A stretch of DNA of 64,000 nt. Origin: Lama glama. Taxonomy: Eukaryota. The position numbers were made by a program, and so were the translations under genes. Each line of letters starts with the position of its first letter. The first letter of the stretch is position 1. Below the pieces are notes generated by a model, which was given only the letters and a program-made list of their open reading frames with translations, was not told the DNA's origin and made no database searches. Where the stretch lies: the NCBI GenBank assembly GCA_028534125.1, contig CM052818.1, forward strand, positions 31,000,001-31,064,000. Reading direction: 5' to 3'. Shown in pieces: positions 62,921-64,000 of the stretch.

Positions 62921-64000
62921 CCCTGGGCTAATTGCTTCTCGTCCACCAGAGGTGGCTCTAGGTCATTCGAAGATCAGCCCCTGTGCGTGGGCCCCTGACT
63001 TAGCTTCTCCAGAGACTTCCGGCCTGGGCCATCCCCTCCCCGTCCTCAGTTCTCCTCTTCCAGGGCAGGAGCAAAAGGGCTGGAAGGCCAGGAGAGGACC
63101 CCCTCCTTCTCAGCCCCTTACCAATCCATCTCAGTGAGGAGAAGGCGAGGCTGCTCACACCACCTTCAGGATGGCCTCTGGATTACCTTCCATGGGTCCA
63201 GCTATGTCTGTGTGCTTTAGGGATGAGAGGTTTGACTTCACCGGGTCCCCAGATGGAACTGTCCGTGCTCACCGATTGCAGCCAGGCCAGCCTGAGCAAC
63301 CGGTGCTGCCTTCTTGAATTCATTTCTGACTCGGAGATTCGGGTAATAAACCCATGCATCACCAGCCACTCTGGGAAGTCTGGCAGGCCACAGAATGGGA
63401 ATAGGAAAACCTCTTTTCACTTCCTGCCCCACCACTCCTGCCTCCTGCTTCCCCTCCCCTCTGTCCTTGCAGATGTGGCCACAGAGCTGCATTCCTCTGG
63501 GGGATTGTGAGGTGGAATTACTTCGGTGCTGGTAAAGCACAGGCTAATGGAAGGTCCAGTGAGTGTCAGGGCTTCCATCCCTGTGTCTGCCTGTGCACAC
63601 ACTTCCCTGGAGGGTCTCCAGGTGGTTTCCTCAGGCCCCAGCCTTGGTGTCCCATATACATTCCTTCCCGAAAGGCGTTTTTGGGTGGGGGGTCTCAGTG
63701 TCAAAAGAACCACACTCCACACCCACCCCCATGCCACCCCTAGCATTTCTGGTTTTTGAAGCCCCTAAGATATTAAAAAGGAAGAAATACCAAAGCAAGC
63801 TTACAGAAATTCTGGTATATTTTAAGTTTTTACATTTAATTCATTAATGCTTTTGACATAAGAACACAAAGCTGGGGTATTGTGATTGTAAGATAATTGC
63901 AGGGTTTATTTTTAAAAGGCTAATTCATGGTTCACTGCAAGCTATGTGGTCAGGTAATGGGACAGAGGGACGAGCCTCATCTTCCTTCCATGTGGATGAC

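Noticed and set aside
401-63847. Several hundred 60-183 aa ORFs in the six-frame track
   Set aside because: They are expected by chance in GC-rich intronic DNA and have no recognisable domains. The only meaningful ones overlap GALNT14 exons (e.g. 41545, 49808, 51488, 55625, 56265) or the CR1 remnant.
56463-64000. GALNT14 exons 14-15
   Set aside because: I found no sequence encoding the expected VWAFTYTQQ...LCL or QQW...CLD segments; they presumably lie downstream of the window.
1-64000. CRISPR array, prophage, operon or other prokaryote-type system
   Set aside because: The DNA is spliced mammalian gene sequence, with no repeat-spacer periodicity or dense ORF clusters.

Overview
This is mammalian genomic DNA, very probably camelid (Camelus/Vicugna/Lama), judging by a tRNA-Ala-derived Vic-1-type SINE. 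The whole window lies inside the + strand gene GALNT14 (polypeptide N-acetylgalactosaminyltransferase 14). Twelve internal coding exons (numbered 2-13 by analogy to the human gene) can be read directly, all with GT-AG boundaries. They splice into one open 1251-nt / 417-codon frame covering the stem, the whole GT-A catalytic domain (DSH, WGGENFE and GHVFR motifs) and the first ricin-B lectin subdomain. Exon 1 (transmembrane anchor) and the last two lectin exons are outside the window. The introns hold mostly ancient eutherian repeats (MIR, L2, L1M, MLT1, MER21/MER77, MER5/MER20/MER33). Other features are a 3'-truncated 5S rRNA retrocopy, an intragenic CpG island at exon 10 and a 132-nt assembly gap. 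None of the supplied six-frame ORFs is an independent gene, and I found no convincing new multi-gene system. The best leads are: the mismatch-free tailless 5S retrocopy between diverged target-site duplications; a GC-shifted MIR inside the exon-10 CpG island; a candidate poison exon before exon 4; a recursive-splice-like site in intron 2; and an ungapped ancient CR1 remnant. Repeat family names and all reference comparisons are from memory, and repeat boundaries are approximate.
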